DNA of 64,000 bases from Paragordius varius (taxonomy: Eukaryota > Animalia > Nematomorpha), in contig OZ176056.1 in NCBI GenBank assembly GCA_964247055.1, positions 9,114,001-9,178,000 on the forward strand. The letters run 5' to 3'. Position 1 is the stretch's first letter. Each line of letters starts with the position of its first letter. The translations under genes were made by a program, and so were the position numbers. The notes under the pieces are model-generated. The model saw nothing but the letters and a program-made list of their open reading frames with translations, searched no databases and was not told the origin of the DNA. Shown one piece after another: positions 1 to 15,000 of the stretch.

Positions 1-3000
1 TTACTCAGCAGCTATCATCAAAGAAACGCTTGACTAAAATTTTTGCCTTTTAAGAGGGAATACTAAAAATCCTTATCGAATTTTAACTTAGTCCCTCTTT
101 TTACCCGGTCCCAACGTAAAATGCCACCTTTTTCAAAAAAAATAAAGTCCACAAAAATAATTTTTTGAATTTTTTTCTGCCTAAGGTATGAGAGACGACT
201 ATGTTCGGCGCAATCGAAAACAACTAAATAAAAATCATATTTGAAATTGAATGGTCCAACACGTTCTCCGGAAAATTCTCTCAAAGACACGATTTTTGTG
301 GACGTCTGTTTTCAAAAAAAAACCCATTTTTCACATGGGGTGGGCCCGAACTGGGGGTCTATTTCAAAAAACTGGCGAAGCTATTGTCGAGGCATTCATT
401 CAAGATTATATTTTTTCGATGTTTGTATATGAATGGGTCTACCGGTTTTCCTGTAGCAGATCACAAAGCCAGCATTTTCCATTTTTATAAATATATAGAT
501 TACCATAAATAATGTTTTATTATCCATATATCTTTTAACATCCTATACATATGATAGATAATCCTTACTCAGCAGCTATCATCAAAGAAACGCTTGACAA
601 AAATTTTTGCCTTTTAATAGGGAATACTAAAAATCCTTATCGAATTTTTACAGTCTCATACCTTGGGCAGAAAAACAATCAACAAATTATTTTTGTGCAC
701 TTTGTTTTTTTTTGAAAAAGGTGGCATTTTACGGGTGGAGCGGGTAAAAAGAGGCCCTAAATCAAAAAAGTGAGTCGACTATGTTCGGCGCAATCGAAAA
801 TAACTAAATAAAAATTATATTTGAAATTGAATGGTTTAACACGTTCTCCGGAAAATTCTGTCAAAGACACGATTTTTGTGGACGTCTGTTTTAAAAAAAA
901 ACCGTTTTTCACACGGGGTGGGCCCGAACTGGGGGCCTATTTCAAAAAACGGGCGAAGCTATTGTCGGGGCATTCATTCAATATTATATTTTTTCGATGT
1001 TTGGATTTGAATGGGTCTACCGGTTTTATTGTAGCAGATCACAAAGCCAGCGTTTTCCATTTTTATAAATATATGGATTACTATAAATAATGTTTTGTTA
1101 TCCATATATATTTTAACATCCTATACATATGATAGATACTCCTTACTCAGCAGCTATCATCAAAGAAACGCTTGACTAAAGTTTTTGCCTTTTAAGAGGG
1201 AATACTAAAAATCCTTATCGAATTTTTACAGTCTCATACCTTGGGCAGAAAAACAATCAAAAAATTATTTTTGTGGACTTTGTTTTTTTTGAAAAAGGTG
1301 GCATTTTACGGGGGGAGCGGGTAAAAAGAAGCCCTAAATCAAAAAAGTGAGTCGACTATGTTCAGCGCGATCGAAAATAGGAAAATATATTTGAAATTGG
1401 ATGGTCCAACACGTTCTCCGGAAATTTTCTCAAAGACACGATTTTTGTGGACTTATGTTTTCAAAAAAAACCGTTTTTCACACGGGGCGGGCCCGAACTG
1501 GGGGCCTATTTCAAAAAACGGGCGAAGCTATTCTCGGGACATTTATTAAAGATTATATTTTTTCGATGTTTGGATTTGAATGGGTCTACCGGTTTTCCTG
1601 TAGCAGATCACAAAGCCAGCATTTTCCATTTTTATAAATATATAGAATACCATAAATAATGTTTTATTATCCATATTTAACCCTATACATATGATAGATA
1701 CTCCTTACTCAGCAGCTATCATCAAAGAAACGTTTGACTAAAACTTTTGCCTTTTAAGAGGGAATACTAGAAATCCTTATCGAATATTTACAGTCTTATA
1801 CCTTGGGCTGAAAAACAATCAAAAAATTATTTTTGTGGACTTTGTTTTTTTTTGAAAAAGGTGGCATTTTACGGGGGGAGCGGGTAAAAAGAGGGACTAA
1901 GTTAAAAAAGCGAGACGACTATGTTCGGCGCAATCGAAAATAACTAAATAAAAATCATATTTGAAATTGAATGGTCCAACACGTTCTCCGGAAAATTGTC
2001 TCAAAGACACGATTTTTGTGGACGTCTGTTTTCAAAAAAAACCCATTTTTCACACGGGGTGGGCCCGAACTGGGGGCCTACAAAAAACGGGCGCAGCTAT
2101 TGTCAGGGCATTCATTCAAGATTATATTTTTTCGGTTTGGATTTGAATGGGTCTACCGGTTTTCCTGTAGCAGATCACAAAGCCAGCATTTTCCATTTTT
2201 ATAAATATATAGATAACCATAAATAATGTTTTATTATCCATATATCTAACATCCTATATATATGATAGATACTCCTTACTCAGCAGCTATCATCAAAGAA
2301 ACGGTGGACTAAAATTTTTGCCTTTTAACAGGGAATATGTGGAATCCATATTGAATTTTTACGGTCTCATAGCTTAGGCAAAAAATCGATTAAAAAAAAT
2401 ATTTTTGTGGACTTTGTTTTCTGAAAAAGGTGGCATTTTACGGGGGGAGCGGGTAAAAAGAGGCCCTAAATCAAAAAAGTGAGTCGACTATGTTCAGCGC
2501 GATCGAAAATAAGAAAATTATATTTGAAATTGGATGGTCCAACACGTTCTCCGGAAAATTGTCTCAAAGACACGATTTTTGTGGACTTATGTTTTCAAAA
2601 AAAAACCGTTTTTAACACGGGGCGCGCCCGAACTGGGAGCCTATTTCAAAAAACGGGCGAAGCTATTGTCGAAGCATTCATTCAAGATTATATTTTTATA
2701 ATGTTTGGATTTGAATGGGTCTACCGGTCTTCCTGTAGCAGATCACAAAGCCAGCATTTTCCATTTTTATAAATATATAGATTACCATAAATAATGTTTT
2801 ATTATCCATATATCTTTTAACATCCTATACATATGATAGATACTCCTTACTCAGCAGCTATCATCAAAGAAACGCTTGACTAAAATTTTTGCCTTTTAAG
2901 AGGGAACACTAAAAATCCTTTACGAATTTTTACAGTCTCATACCTTGGGCAGAAAAACAATCAAAAAATTATTTTTGTGGACTTTGTTTTTTTTTTGAAA

Positions 3001-6000
3001 AAGGTGGCATTTTACGCGGGGAGCGGGTAAAAAGAGGGACTAAGTTTAAAAAGCGAGATGACTCTGTTCGGCGCAATCGAAAATAACTAAATAAAAATCA
3101 TATTTGAAATTGAATGGTCCAACACGTTCTCCTGAAAATTGTCTCAAAGACACAATTTTTGTGGACTTATGTTTTCAAAAAAAACCGTTTTTCACACGGG
3201 GCATGCCCGAACTGGGGGCCTATTTCAAAAAACGGGCGAAGCTATTGTCGAAGCATTCATTCAAGATTATATTTTTATAATGTTTGGATTTGAATGGGTC
3301 TACCGGTTTTCCTGTAGCAGATCACAAAGCCAGCATTTTCCATTTTTATAAATATATAGATTACCATAAATAATGTTTTATTATCCATATATCTTTTAAC
3401 ATCCTATACATATGATAGATACTCCTTACTCAGCAGCTATCATCAAAGAAACGCTTGACTAAAATTTTTGCCTTTTAAGAGGGAATACTAAAAATCCTTA
3501 TCGAATTTTTACAGTCTCATACCTTGGGCAGAAAAACAATCAAAAAATTATTTTTGTGGACTTTGTTTTTTTTGAAAAAGGTGGCATTTTACGGTGGGAG
3601 CGGGTAAAAAGAGGGACTAAGTTAAAAAAGCGAGACGACTATGTTCGGCGCAATCGTTAATAACTAAATAAAAATCATATTTGAAATTGAATGGTCCAAC
3701 ACGTTCTCCGGAAAATTGTCTCAAAGACACGATTTTTGTGGACGTCTGTTTTCAAAAAAAACCCATTTTTCACATTGGGTGGGCCCGAACTGGGTGTCTA
3801 TTTCAAAAACGGGCGAAGCTATTGTCGGGGCATTCATTCAAGATTATATTTTTATAATGTTTGGATTTGAATGGGTACACCGGTTTTTCTGTAGCAGATC
3901 CCAAAGCCAGCATTTTCCATTTTTATAAATATATAGATTACTATAAATAATGTTTTAATATCCATATTAACATCCTATACATATGATAGATACTCCTTAC
4001 TCAGCAGCTATCATCAAAGAAACGCTTGACTAAAATTTTTGCATTTTAATAGGGAATACTAAAAATCCTTATCGAATTTTTACAGACTTATACCTTGGGC
4101 AGAAAAACAATCAAAAAATTATTTTTGTGGACTTTGTTTTTTGAAAAAGGTGGCATTTTACGGGGGGAGCGGGTAAAAAGAGGGAATAAGTTAAAAATCG
4201 AGGCGACTATGTTCGGCGCAATCTAAAATAACTAAATAAAATCATATTTGAAATTGAATGGTCCAACACGTTCTCCGGAAAATTGTCTCAATGACACGAT
4301 TTTTGTGGACGTCTGTTTTCAAAAAAAACCCATTTTTCACATGGGGTGGGCCCGAACTGGGGGTCTATTTCAAAAAACGGGCGAAGCTATTGTCGAGGCA
4401 TTCATTCAAGATTATATTTTTTCGATGTTTGGATTTGAATGGGTCTACCGTTTTTCCTGTAGCAGATCACAAAGCCAGCATTTTCCATTTTTATAAATAT
4501 ATAGATTACTATAAATAATGTTTTAATATCCATATTAACATCCTATACATATGATAGATACTCCTTACTCAGCAGCTATCATCAAAGAAACGCTTGACTA
4601 AAATTTTTGCCTTTTAATAGGGAATACTAAAAATCCTTATCGAATTTTTACAGACTTATACCTTGGGCAGAAAAACAATCAAAAAATTATTTTTGTGGAC
4701 TTTGTTTTTTGAAAAAGGTGGCATTTTACGGGGGGAGCGGGTAAAAAGAGGCCCTAAATCAATAGAGTTAGTCGACTATGTTCGGCGCGATCGAAAATAA
4801 GAAAATTATATTAGAAATTGGATGGTCCAACACGTTCTCCGGAAAATTGTCTCAAAGACACGATTTTTGTGGATGTCTGTTTTCAAAAAAAACCCCATTT
4901 TTCACATGGGGTGGGCTCGAACTGGGGCCTATATCAAAAAACGGGCTAAGCTATTGTCGAGGCATTCATTCAAGATTATATTTTTTCGATCTTTGGATTT
5001 GACTGGGTCTACCAGTTTTCCTGTAGCAGATCACAAAGCCAGCATTTTCCATTTTTATAAATATATAGATTACTATAAATAATGTTTTATTATCCATATA
5101 TCTTTTAACATCCTATACATATGATAGATGCTCCTTACTCAGCAGCTATCATCAAAGAAACGCTTGACTAAAATTTTTGCCTTTTAATAGGGAATACTAA
5201 AATATCGAATTTTTACAGTCTCATACCTTGGGCAGAAAAACAATCAAAAAATTATTTTTGTGGACTTTGTTTTTTTTGAAAAAGGTGGCATTTTACGTTG
5301 GGAGCGGGTAAAAAGAGGGACTAAGTTAAAAAAGCGAGACGACTATGTTCGGCGCAATCGAAAATAACTAAATCAAAATCATATTTGAAATTGAATGGTC
5401 CAACACGTTCTCCGGATAATTCTGTCAAAGACACGATTTTTGTGGACGTCTGTTTTCAAAAAAACCCATTTTTCACACGGGGTGGGCCCGAACTGGGTGT
5501 CTATTTCAAAAACGGGCGAAGCTATTGTCGGGGCATTCATTCAAGATTATATTTTTATAATGTTTGGATTTGAATGGGTACACCGGTTTTTCTGTAGCAG
5601 ATCCCAAAGCCAGCATTTTCCATTTTTATAAATATATAGATTACTATAAATAATGTTTTAATATCCATATTAACATCCTATACATATGATAGATACTCCT
5701 TACTCAGCAGCTATCATCAAAGAAACGCTTGACTAAAATTTTTGCATTTTAATAGGGAATACTAAAAATCCTTATCGAATTTTTACAGACTTATACCTTG
5801 GGCAGAAAAACAATCAAAAAATTATTTTTGTGGACTTTGTTTTTTGAAAAAGGTGGCATTTTACGGGGGGAGCGGGTAAAAAGAGGGAATAAGTTAAAAA
5901 TCGAGGCGACTATGTTCGGCGCAATCTAAAATAACTAAATAAAATCATATTTGAAATTGAATGGTCCAACACGTTCTCCGGAAAATTGTCTCAATGACAC

Positions 6001-9000
6001 GATTTTTGTGGACGTCTGTTTTCAAAAAAAACCCATTTTTCACATGGGGTGGGCCCGAACTGGGGGTCTATTTCAAAAAACGGGCGAAGCTATTGTCGAG
6101 GCATTCATTCAAGATTATATTTTTTCGATGTTTGGATTTGAATGGGTCTACCGTTTTTCCTGTAGCAGATCACAAAGCCAGCATTTTCCATTTTTATAAA
6201 TATATAGATTACTATAAATAATGTTTTAATATCCATATTAACATCCTATACATATGATAGATACTCCTTACTCAGCAGCTATCATCAAAGAAACGCTTGA
6301 CTAAAATTTTTGCCTTTTAATAGGGAATACTAAAAATCCTTATCGAATTTTTACAGACTTATACCTTGGGCAGAAAAACAATCAAAAAATTATTTTTGTG
6401 GACTTTGTTTTTTGAAAAAGGTGGCATTTTACGGGGGGAGCGGGTAAAAAGAGGCCCTAAATCAATAGAGTTAGTCGACTATGTTCGGCGCGATCGAAAA
6501 TAAGAAAATTATATTAGAAATTGGATGGTCCAACACGTTCTCCAGAAAATTGTCTCAAAGACACGATTTTTGTGGATGTCTGTTTTCAAAAAAAACCCAT
6601 TTTTCACATGGGGTGGGCCCGAACTGGGGGCTTATTTCAAAAAACGGGCTAAGCTATTGTCGAGGCATTCATTCAAGATTATATTTTTTCGATCTTTGGA
6701 TTTGACTGGGTCTACCAGTTTTCCTGTAGCAGATCACAAAGCCAGCATTTTCCATTTTTATAAATATATAGATTACTATAAATAATGTTTTATTATCCAT
6801 ATATCTTTTAACATCCTATACATATGATAGATACTCCTTACTCAGCAGCTATCATCAAAGAAACGCTTGACTAAAATTTTTGCCTTTTAATAGGGAATAC
6901 TAAAATATCGAATTTTTACAGTCTCATACCTTGGGCAGAAAAACAATCAAAAAATTATTTTTGTGGACTTTGTTTTTTTTGAAAAAGGTGGCATTTTACG
7001 GGGGGAGCGGGTAAAAAGAGGGACTAAGTTAAAAAAGCGAGACGACTATGTTCGGCGCAATCGAAAATAACTAAATCAAAATCATATTTGAAATTGAATG
7101 GTCCAACACGTTCTCCGGATAATTCTGTCAAAGACACGATTTTTGTGGACGTCTGTTTTCAAAAAAAACCGTTTTTCACACGGGGTGGGCCCGAACTCGG
7201 GGCCTATTTCAAAAAACGGGCGAAGCTATTGTCGGGGCATTCATTCATGATTATATTTTTTCGATGTTTGGATTTGAATGGGTCTACCGGTTATCCTGTA
7301 GCAGATCACAAAGCCAGCATTTTCCATTTTTAAAATATATAGATTACTATAAATAATGTTTTATTATCCATATATCTAACATCCTATACATATGATAGAT
7401 AATCCTTACTCAGCAGCTATCATCAAAGAAACGCTTGACTAAAATTTTTGCCTTTTAAGAGGGAATACTAAAAATCCTTATCGAATTTTAACTTAGTCCC
7501 TCTTTTTACCCGCTCCCAACGTAAAATGCCACCTTTTTCAAAAAAAATAAAGTCCACAAAAATAATTTTTTGAATTTTTTTCTGCCTAAGGTATGAGAGA
7601 CGACTATGTTCGGCGCAATCGAAAACAACTAAATAAAAATCATATTTGAAATTGAATGGTCCAACACGTTCTCCGGAAAATTCTCTCAAAGACACGATTT
7701 TTGTGGACGTCTGTTTTCAAAAAAAAACCCATTTTTCACATGGGGTGGGCCCGAACTGGGGGTCTATTTCAAAAAACTGGCGAAGCTATTGTCGAGGCAT
7801 TCATTCAAGATTATATTTTTTCGATGTTTGTATATGAATGGGTCTACCGGTTTTCCTGTAGCAGATCACAAAGCCAGCATTTTCCATTTTTATAAATATA
7901 TAGATTACCATAAATAATGTTTTATTATCCATATATCTTTTAACATCCTATACATATGATAGATAATCCTTACTCAGCAGCTATCATCAAAGAAACGCTT
8001 GACAAAAATTTTTGCCTTTTAATAGGGAATACTAAAAATCCTTATCGAATTTTTACAGTCTCATACCTTGGGCAGAAAAACAATCAACAAATTATTTTTG
8101 TGCACTTTGTTTTTTTTTGAAAAAGGTGGCATTTTACGGGTGGAGCGGGTAAAAAGAGGCCCTAAATCAAAAAAGTGAGTCGACTATGTTCGGCGCAATC
8201 GGAAATAACTAAATAAAAATTATATTTGAAATTGGATGGTCCAACACGTTCTCCGGAAAATTGTCTCAAAGACACGATTTTTGTGGACTTCTGTTTTCAA
8301 AAAAAACCGTTTTTCACACGGAGTGAGCCCGAACTGGGGGCCTATTTCAAAAAACGGGCGAAGCTATTGTCGCGGCAATTATTCAAGATTATATTTTTTC
8401 GATGTTTGGATTTGAATGGGTCTACCGGTTTTCCTGTAGCAGATCACAAAGCCAGCATTTTCCATTTTTATAAATATATAGATTACTATAAATAATGTTT
8501 TATTATCCATATATCTTTTAACATCCGATACATATGATAGATACTCCTTACTCAGCAACTATCATCAAAGAAACGGTAGACTAAAATTTTTGCCTTTTAA
8601 CAGGAAATACGTGGAATCCTAATTGAATTTTTACGGTCTCATACCTTAGGCAAAAAATCGATTAAAAAAATATTTTTGTGGACGTTGTTTTTTGAAAAAG
8701 GTGGCATTTTACGGGGGGAGCGGGTAAAAAGAGGCTCTAAATCAAAAAAGTGAGTCGACTATGTTCAGCGCGATCGAAAATAAGAAAATTATATTTGAAA
8801 TTGGATGGTCCAACACGTTCTCCGGAAAATTGTCTCAAAGACACGATTTTTGTGGACTTCTGTTTTCAAAAAAAACCGTTTTTCACACGGAGTGAGCCCG
8901 AACTGGGGGCCTATTTCAAAAAACGGGCGAAGCTATTGTCGGGGCATTCATTCAAGATTATATTTTTTCGATGTTTGGATTTGAATGGGTCTACCGGTTT

Positions 9001-12000
9001 TCCTGTAGCAGATCACAAAGCCAGCATTTTCCATTTTTATAAATATATAGATTACTATAAATAATGTTTTATTATCCATATATCTAACATCCTATACATA
9101 TGATAGATACTCCTGACTCAGCAGCTATCATCAAAGAAACGCTTGACTAAAATTTTTGCCTCTTAAGAGGGAATACTAAAAATCCTTATCGAATTTTTAC
9201 AGTCTCATACCTTGGGCAGAAAAACAATCAACAAATTATTTTTGTGCACTTTGTTTTTTTTTGAAAAAGGTGGCATTTTACGGGTGGAGCGGGTAAAAAG
9301 AGGCCCTAAATCAAAAAAGTGAGTCGACTATGTTCGGCGCAATCGAAAATAACTAAATAAAAATTATATTTGAAATTGAATGGTTTAACACGTTCTCCGG
9401 AAAATTCTGTCAAAGACACGATTTTTGTGGACGTCTGTTTTTAAAAAAAAAACCGTTTTTCACACGGGGTGGGCCCGAACTGGGGGCCTATTTCAAAAAA
9501 CGGGCGAAGCTATTGTCGGGGCATTCATTCATGATTATATTTTTTCGATGTTTGTATTTGAATGGGTCTACCGGTTTTCCTGTAGCAAATCACAAAGCCA
9601 GCATTTTCCATTTTTATAAATATATAGATTACTATAAATAATGTTTTATTATCCATATATCTTTTAACATCCGATACATATGATAGATACTCCTTACTCA
9701 GCAACTATCATCAAAGAAACGGTAGACTAAAATTTTTGCCTTTTAACAGGGAATACGTGGAATCCTAATTGAATTTTTACGGTCTCATACCTTAGGCAAA
9801 AAATCGATTAAAAAAATATTTTTGTGGACGTTGTTTTTTGAAAAAGGTGGCATTTTACGGAGGGAGCGGGTAAAAAGAGGCTCTAAATCAAAAAAGTGAG
9901 TCGACTATGTTCAGCGCGATCGAAAATAAGAAAATTATATTTGAAATTGGATGGTCCAACACGTTCTCCGGAAAATTGTCTCAAAGACACGATTTTTGTG
10001 GACTTCTGTTTTCAAAAAAAACCGTTTTTCACACGGAGTGAGCCCGAACTAGGGGCCTATTTCAAAAAACGGGCGAAGCTATTGTCGGGGCATTCATTCA
10101 AGATTATATTTTTTCGATGTTTGGATTTGAATGGGTCTACCGGTTTTCCTGTAGCAGACACAAAGCCAGCATTTTCCATTTTTATAAATATATAGATTAC
10201 TATAAATAATGTTTTATTATCCATATATCTAACATCCTATACATATGATAGATACTCCTGACTCAGCAGCTATCATCAAAGAAACGCTTGACTAAAATTT
10301 TTGCCTTTTAAGAGGGAATACTAAAAATCCTTATCGAATTTTTACAGTCTCATACCTTAGGCAGAAAAACAATCAAAAAATTATTTTTGTGGACTTTGTT
10401 TTTTTTTGAAAAAGGTGGCATTTTACGGGGGGAGCGGGTAAAAAGAGGGACTAAGTTAAAAAAGCTAGACGACTATGTTCGGCGCAATCGAAAATAACTA
10501 AATAAAAATTATATTTGAAATTGAATGGTCCAACACGTTCACCGGAAAATTCTCTCAAAGACACGATGTTTGTGGACGTCTGTTTTCAAAAAAAACCCAT
10601 TTTCCACATGGAGTGGGCCCGAACTGGGGGTCTATTTCAAATAACGGGCGAAGCTATTGTCGAGGCATTCATTCAAGATTATATTTTTCGAATGTTTGGA
10701 TTTTAATGGGTCTACCGGTTTTCCTGTAGCAGATCACAAAGCCAGCATTTTCCATTTTTATAAATATATAGATTACTATAAATAATGTTTTATTATCCAT
10801 ATATCTTTTAACATCCTATACATATGATAGATACTCCTTACTCAGCAGCTATCATCAAAGAAACGGTGTACTAAAATTTTTACCTTTTAACAGGGAATAC
10901 GTGGAATCCATATTGAATTTTTACGGTCTCATACCTTAGGCAGAAAAACAATCAAAAAATTATTTTTGTGGACTTTGTTTTTTTTTGAAAAAGGTGGCAT
11001 TTTACGGGGGGAGCGGGTAAAAAGAGGGACTAAGTTAAAAAAGCTAGACGACTATGTTCGGCGCAATCGAAAATAACTAAATAAAAATCATATTTGAAAT
11101 TGAATGGTCCAACACGTTCACCGGAAAATTCTCTCAAAGACACGATGTTTGTGGACGTCTGTTTTCAAAAAAACCCATTTTTCACACGGGGTGGGCCCGA
11201 ACTGGGGGCCTATTTCAAAAAACGGGCGAGCTATTGTCTGGAAATTCATTCAAGATTATATTTTTTCGATGTTTGGATTTGAATGGGTCTACCGGTTTTC
11301 CTGTAGCAGATCACAAAGCCAGAATTTTCCATTTTTATAAATATATAGATTTCTATAAATAATGTTGTATTATCCATATATCTTTTAACATCCTATCCAT
11401 ATGATAGATACTCCTTACTCAGCAGCTATCATCAAAGAAACGGTGGACTAAAATTTTTGCCTTTTAACAGGGAATACGTGGAATCCATATTGAATTTTTA
11501 CGGTCTCATACCTTAGGCAAAAAATCGATTAAAAAAATATTTTTGTGGACTTTGTTTTTTTTGAAAAAGGTGGCATTTTACGGGGGGAACGGGTAAAAAG
11601 AGGCCCTAAATCAAAAAAGTGAGTCGACTATGAGCTCGATCGAAAATAAGCAAAAATTATATTTGAAATTGGATGGTCCAACACGTTCTCCGGAAAATTC
11701 TCTCAAAGATACGATGTTTGTGGACGTCTGTTTTCAAAAAAACCCATTTTTCACACGGGGTGGGCCCGAACTGGGGGCCTATTTCAAAAACACGGGCGAA
11801 GCTATTGACGGGGCATTCATTCAAGATTATATTTTTTCGATGTTTGGATTTGAATGGGTCTACCGGTTTTCATGTAGCAGATCACAAAGCCAGCATTTTC
11901 CATTTTTATAAATATATAGATTTCTATAAATAATGTTTTATTATCCATATATCTTTTAACATCCTATCCATATGATAGATACTCCTTACTCAGCAGCTAT

Positions 12001-15000
12001 CATCAAAGAAACGGTGGACTAAAATTTTTGCCTTTTAACAGAGAATACGTGGAATCCATATTAAATTTTTACGGTCTCATACGTTAGGCAAAAAATCGAT
12101 TAAAAAATTATTTTTGTGGACTTTGTTTTTTTTGAAAAAGGTGTCATTTTAGGGGGGGAGCGGGTAAAAAGAGGGACTAAGTTAAAAAAGCAAGACGACT
12201 ATGTTCGGCGCAATCGAAAATAACTAAATAAAATTCATAAATTAAATGGTCCAACACGTTCTCCGGAAAATTGTCTCAAAGACACGATTTTTGTGGACGT
12301 CTGTTTTCAAAAAAAACCCATTTTTCACACGGGGTGAGCCCGAACTGGGGGATTATTTCAAAAAACGGGCGAAACTATTGTCGGGGCATTCATTCAAGAT
12401 TATATTTTTTCGATGTTTGGATTTGAATGGGTCTACCGGTTATCCTGTAGCAGATCACAAAGCCAGCATTTTCCATTTTTATAAATATATAGATTACTAT
12501 AAATAATGTTTTATTATCCATATATCCTTTAACATCCTATACATATGATAGATACTCCTTACTCAGCAGCTATCGTCAAAGAAACTCTTGACTAAAATTT
12601 TTGCCTTTTAAGAGGGAATACTAAAAATCGTTATCGAATTTTTACAGTCTCATACCTTGGGCAGAAAAACAATCATAAAATTATTTTTGTGGACTTGATT
12701 TTTTTTGAAAAAGGTGGCATTTTACGGGGTAAGCGGGTAAAAAGAGGCCCTAAATCAAAAAAGTGAGTCGACTATGTTTAGCGCCATCGAAATTAAGAAA
12801 ATTATATTAGAAATTGGATGGTCCAACACGTTCTCCGGAAAATTGTCTCAAACGATTTTTATGGACGTCTGTTTTCAAAAAAACCCATTTTTCACACAGG
12901 GTGGGCCGGAACTGGGGGCCTATTTTAAAAAACGGGCGAAGCTTTTGTCGGGGCATTCATTCAAGATTATATTTTTTCGATATTTGGATTTGAATGGGTC
13001 TACCATTTTTCCTGTAGCAGATCACAAAGCCAGCATTTTCCATTTTTATAAATATATAGATTTCTATAAATAATGTTTTATTATCCATATATCTTTTAAC
13101 ATCCTATACATATGATAGATACTCCTTACTCAGCAGCTATCATCAAAGAAACGGTGGACTAAAATTTTTGCCTTTTAACAGGGAATACGTGGAATCCCAT
13201 TGAATTTTTACGGTCTCATACCTTAGGCAAAAAATCGATTAAAACAATATTTTTGTGGACTTTGTTTTTTTTGAAAAAGGTGGCATTTTACGGGGGGAGC
13301 GGGTAAAAAGAGAGACTAAGTTAAAAAAGCGAGACGACTATGTTCGGCGCAATCGAAAATAACTAAATAAAAATCATATTTGAAATTGAATGGTCCAACA
13401 CGTTCTCCGGAAAATTGTCTCAAAGACACGATTTTTGTGGACGTCTGTTTTCAAAAACACACCCATTTTTCACACGGGGTAGGCCCGAACTGGGGGCCTA
13501 TTTCAAAAAACGGGCGAAGCTATTGTCGGGGCATTCATTCAAGATTATATTTTTTCGATGTTTGTATTTGAATGGGTCTACCGGTTTTCCTGTAGCAGAT
13601 CACAAAGCCAGCATTTTCCATTTTTATAAATATATAGATTTCTATAAATAATGTTTTATTATCCATATATCTTTTAACATCCTATACATATGATAGATAC
13701 TCCTTACTCAGCAGCTATCGTCAAAGAAACGCTTGACTAAAATTTTTGCCTTTTAAGAAGGAATACTAAAAATCCTTATCGAATTTTTACAGTCTCATAC
13801 CTTGGGCAGAAAAACAATCAAAAAATTATTTTTGTGGACTTTGTTTTTTTTTGAAAAAGATGGCATTTTACGGGGGGAGCGGGTAAAAAGAGGGACTAAG
13901 TTAAAAAAGCGAGACGACTATGTTCGGCGCAATCGAAAATAACTAAATAAAAATCATATTTGAAATTGAATGGTCCAACACGTTCTCCGGAAAATTCTCT
14001 CAAAGACACGATTTTTGTGGACGTCTGTTTTCATAAAAAACCCATTTTTCACATGGGGTGGGCCCGAACTGGGGGCCTATTCAAAAAACGGGCGAAGCTA
14101 TTGTCGGGGCATTCATTCAAGATTATATTTTTTCGATGTTTGTATTTGAATGGGTCTACCGGTTTTCCTGTAGCAGATCACAAAGCCAGCATTTTCCATT
14201 TTTATAAATATAGATTACTATAAATAATGTTTTATTATCCATATATCTTTCAACATCCTATACATATGATAGATACTCCTTACTCAGCAGCTATCGTCAA
14301 AGAAACGCTTGACTAAAATTTTTGCCTTTTAAGAGGGAATACTAAAAATCCTTATCGAATTTTTACAGTCTCATACCTTGGGCAGAAAAACAATCAAAAA
14401 ATTATTTTTGTGGACTTTTTTTTTGAAAAAGGTGTCATTTTACGGGGGGAGCGTGTAAAAAGAGGGACTAAGTTCAAAAAACGATACGACTATGTTCAGC
14501 GCGACCGAAAATAAGCAAAAATTATATTTGAAATTGGATGGTCCAACACGTTCTCCGGAAAATTGTCTAAAAGACACGATTTTTGTGGACGTCTTTTTTC
14601 AAAAAAACCCATTTTTCACACGGGGTGGGCCGGAACTGGGGGCCTATTTCAAATAACGGGTGAAGCTATTGTCGGGGCATCTATTCAAGATTATATTTTT
14701 TCGATGTTTGGATTCGAATGGGTCTACCGGTTTTCCTGTAGCAGATCACAAAGCCAGCATTTTCCATTTTTATAAATATATAGATTACTATAAATAATGT
14801 TTTATTATCCATATATCTTTTAACATCCTATACATATGATAGATACTCCTTATCAGCAGCTATCATCAAAGAAACGGTGGACTAAAATTTTTGCCTTTTA
14901 ACAGGGAATACGTGGAATCCACATTGAATTTTTACGGTCTCATACCTTAGGCAAAAAATCGATTAAAAAAATATTTTTGTGGACTTTGTTTTTTTGAAAA

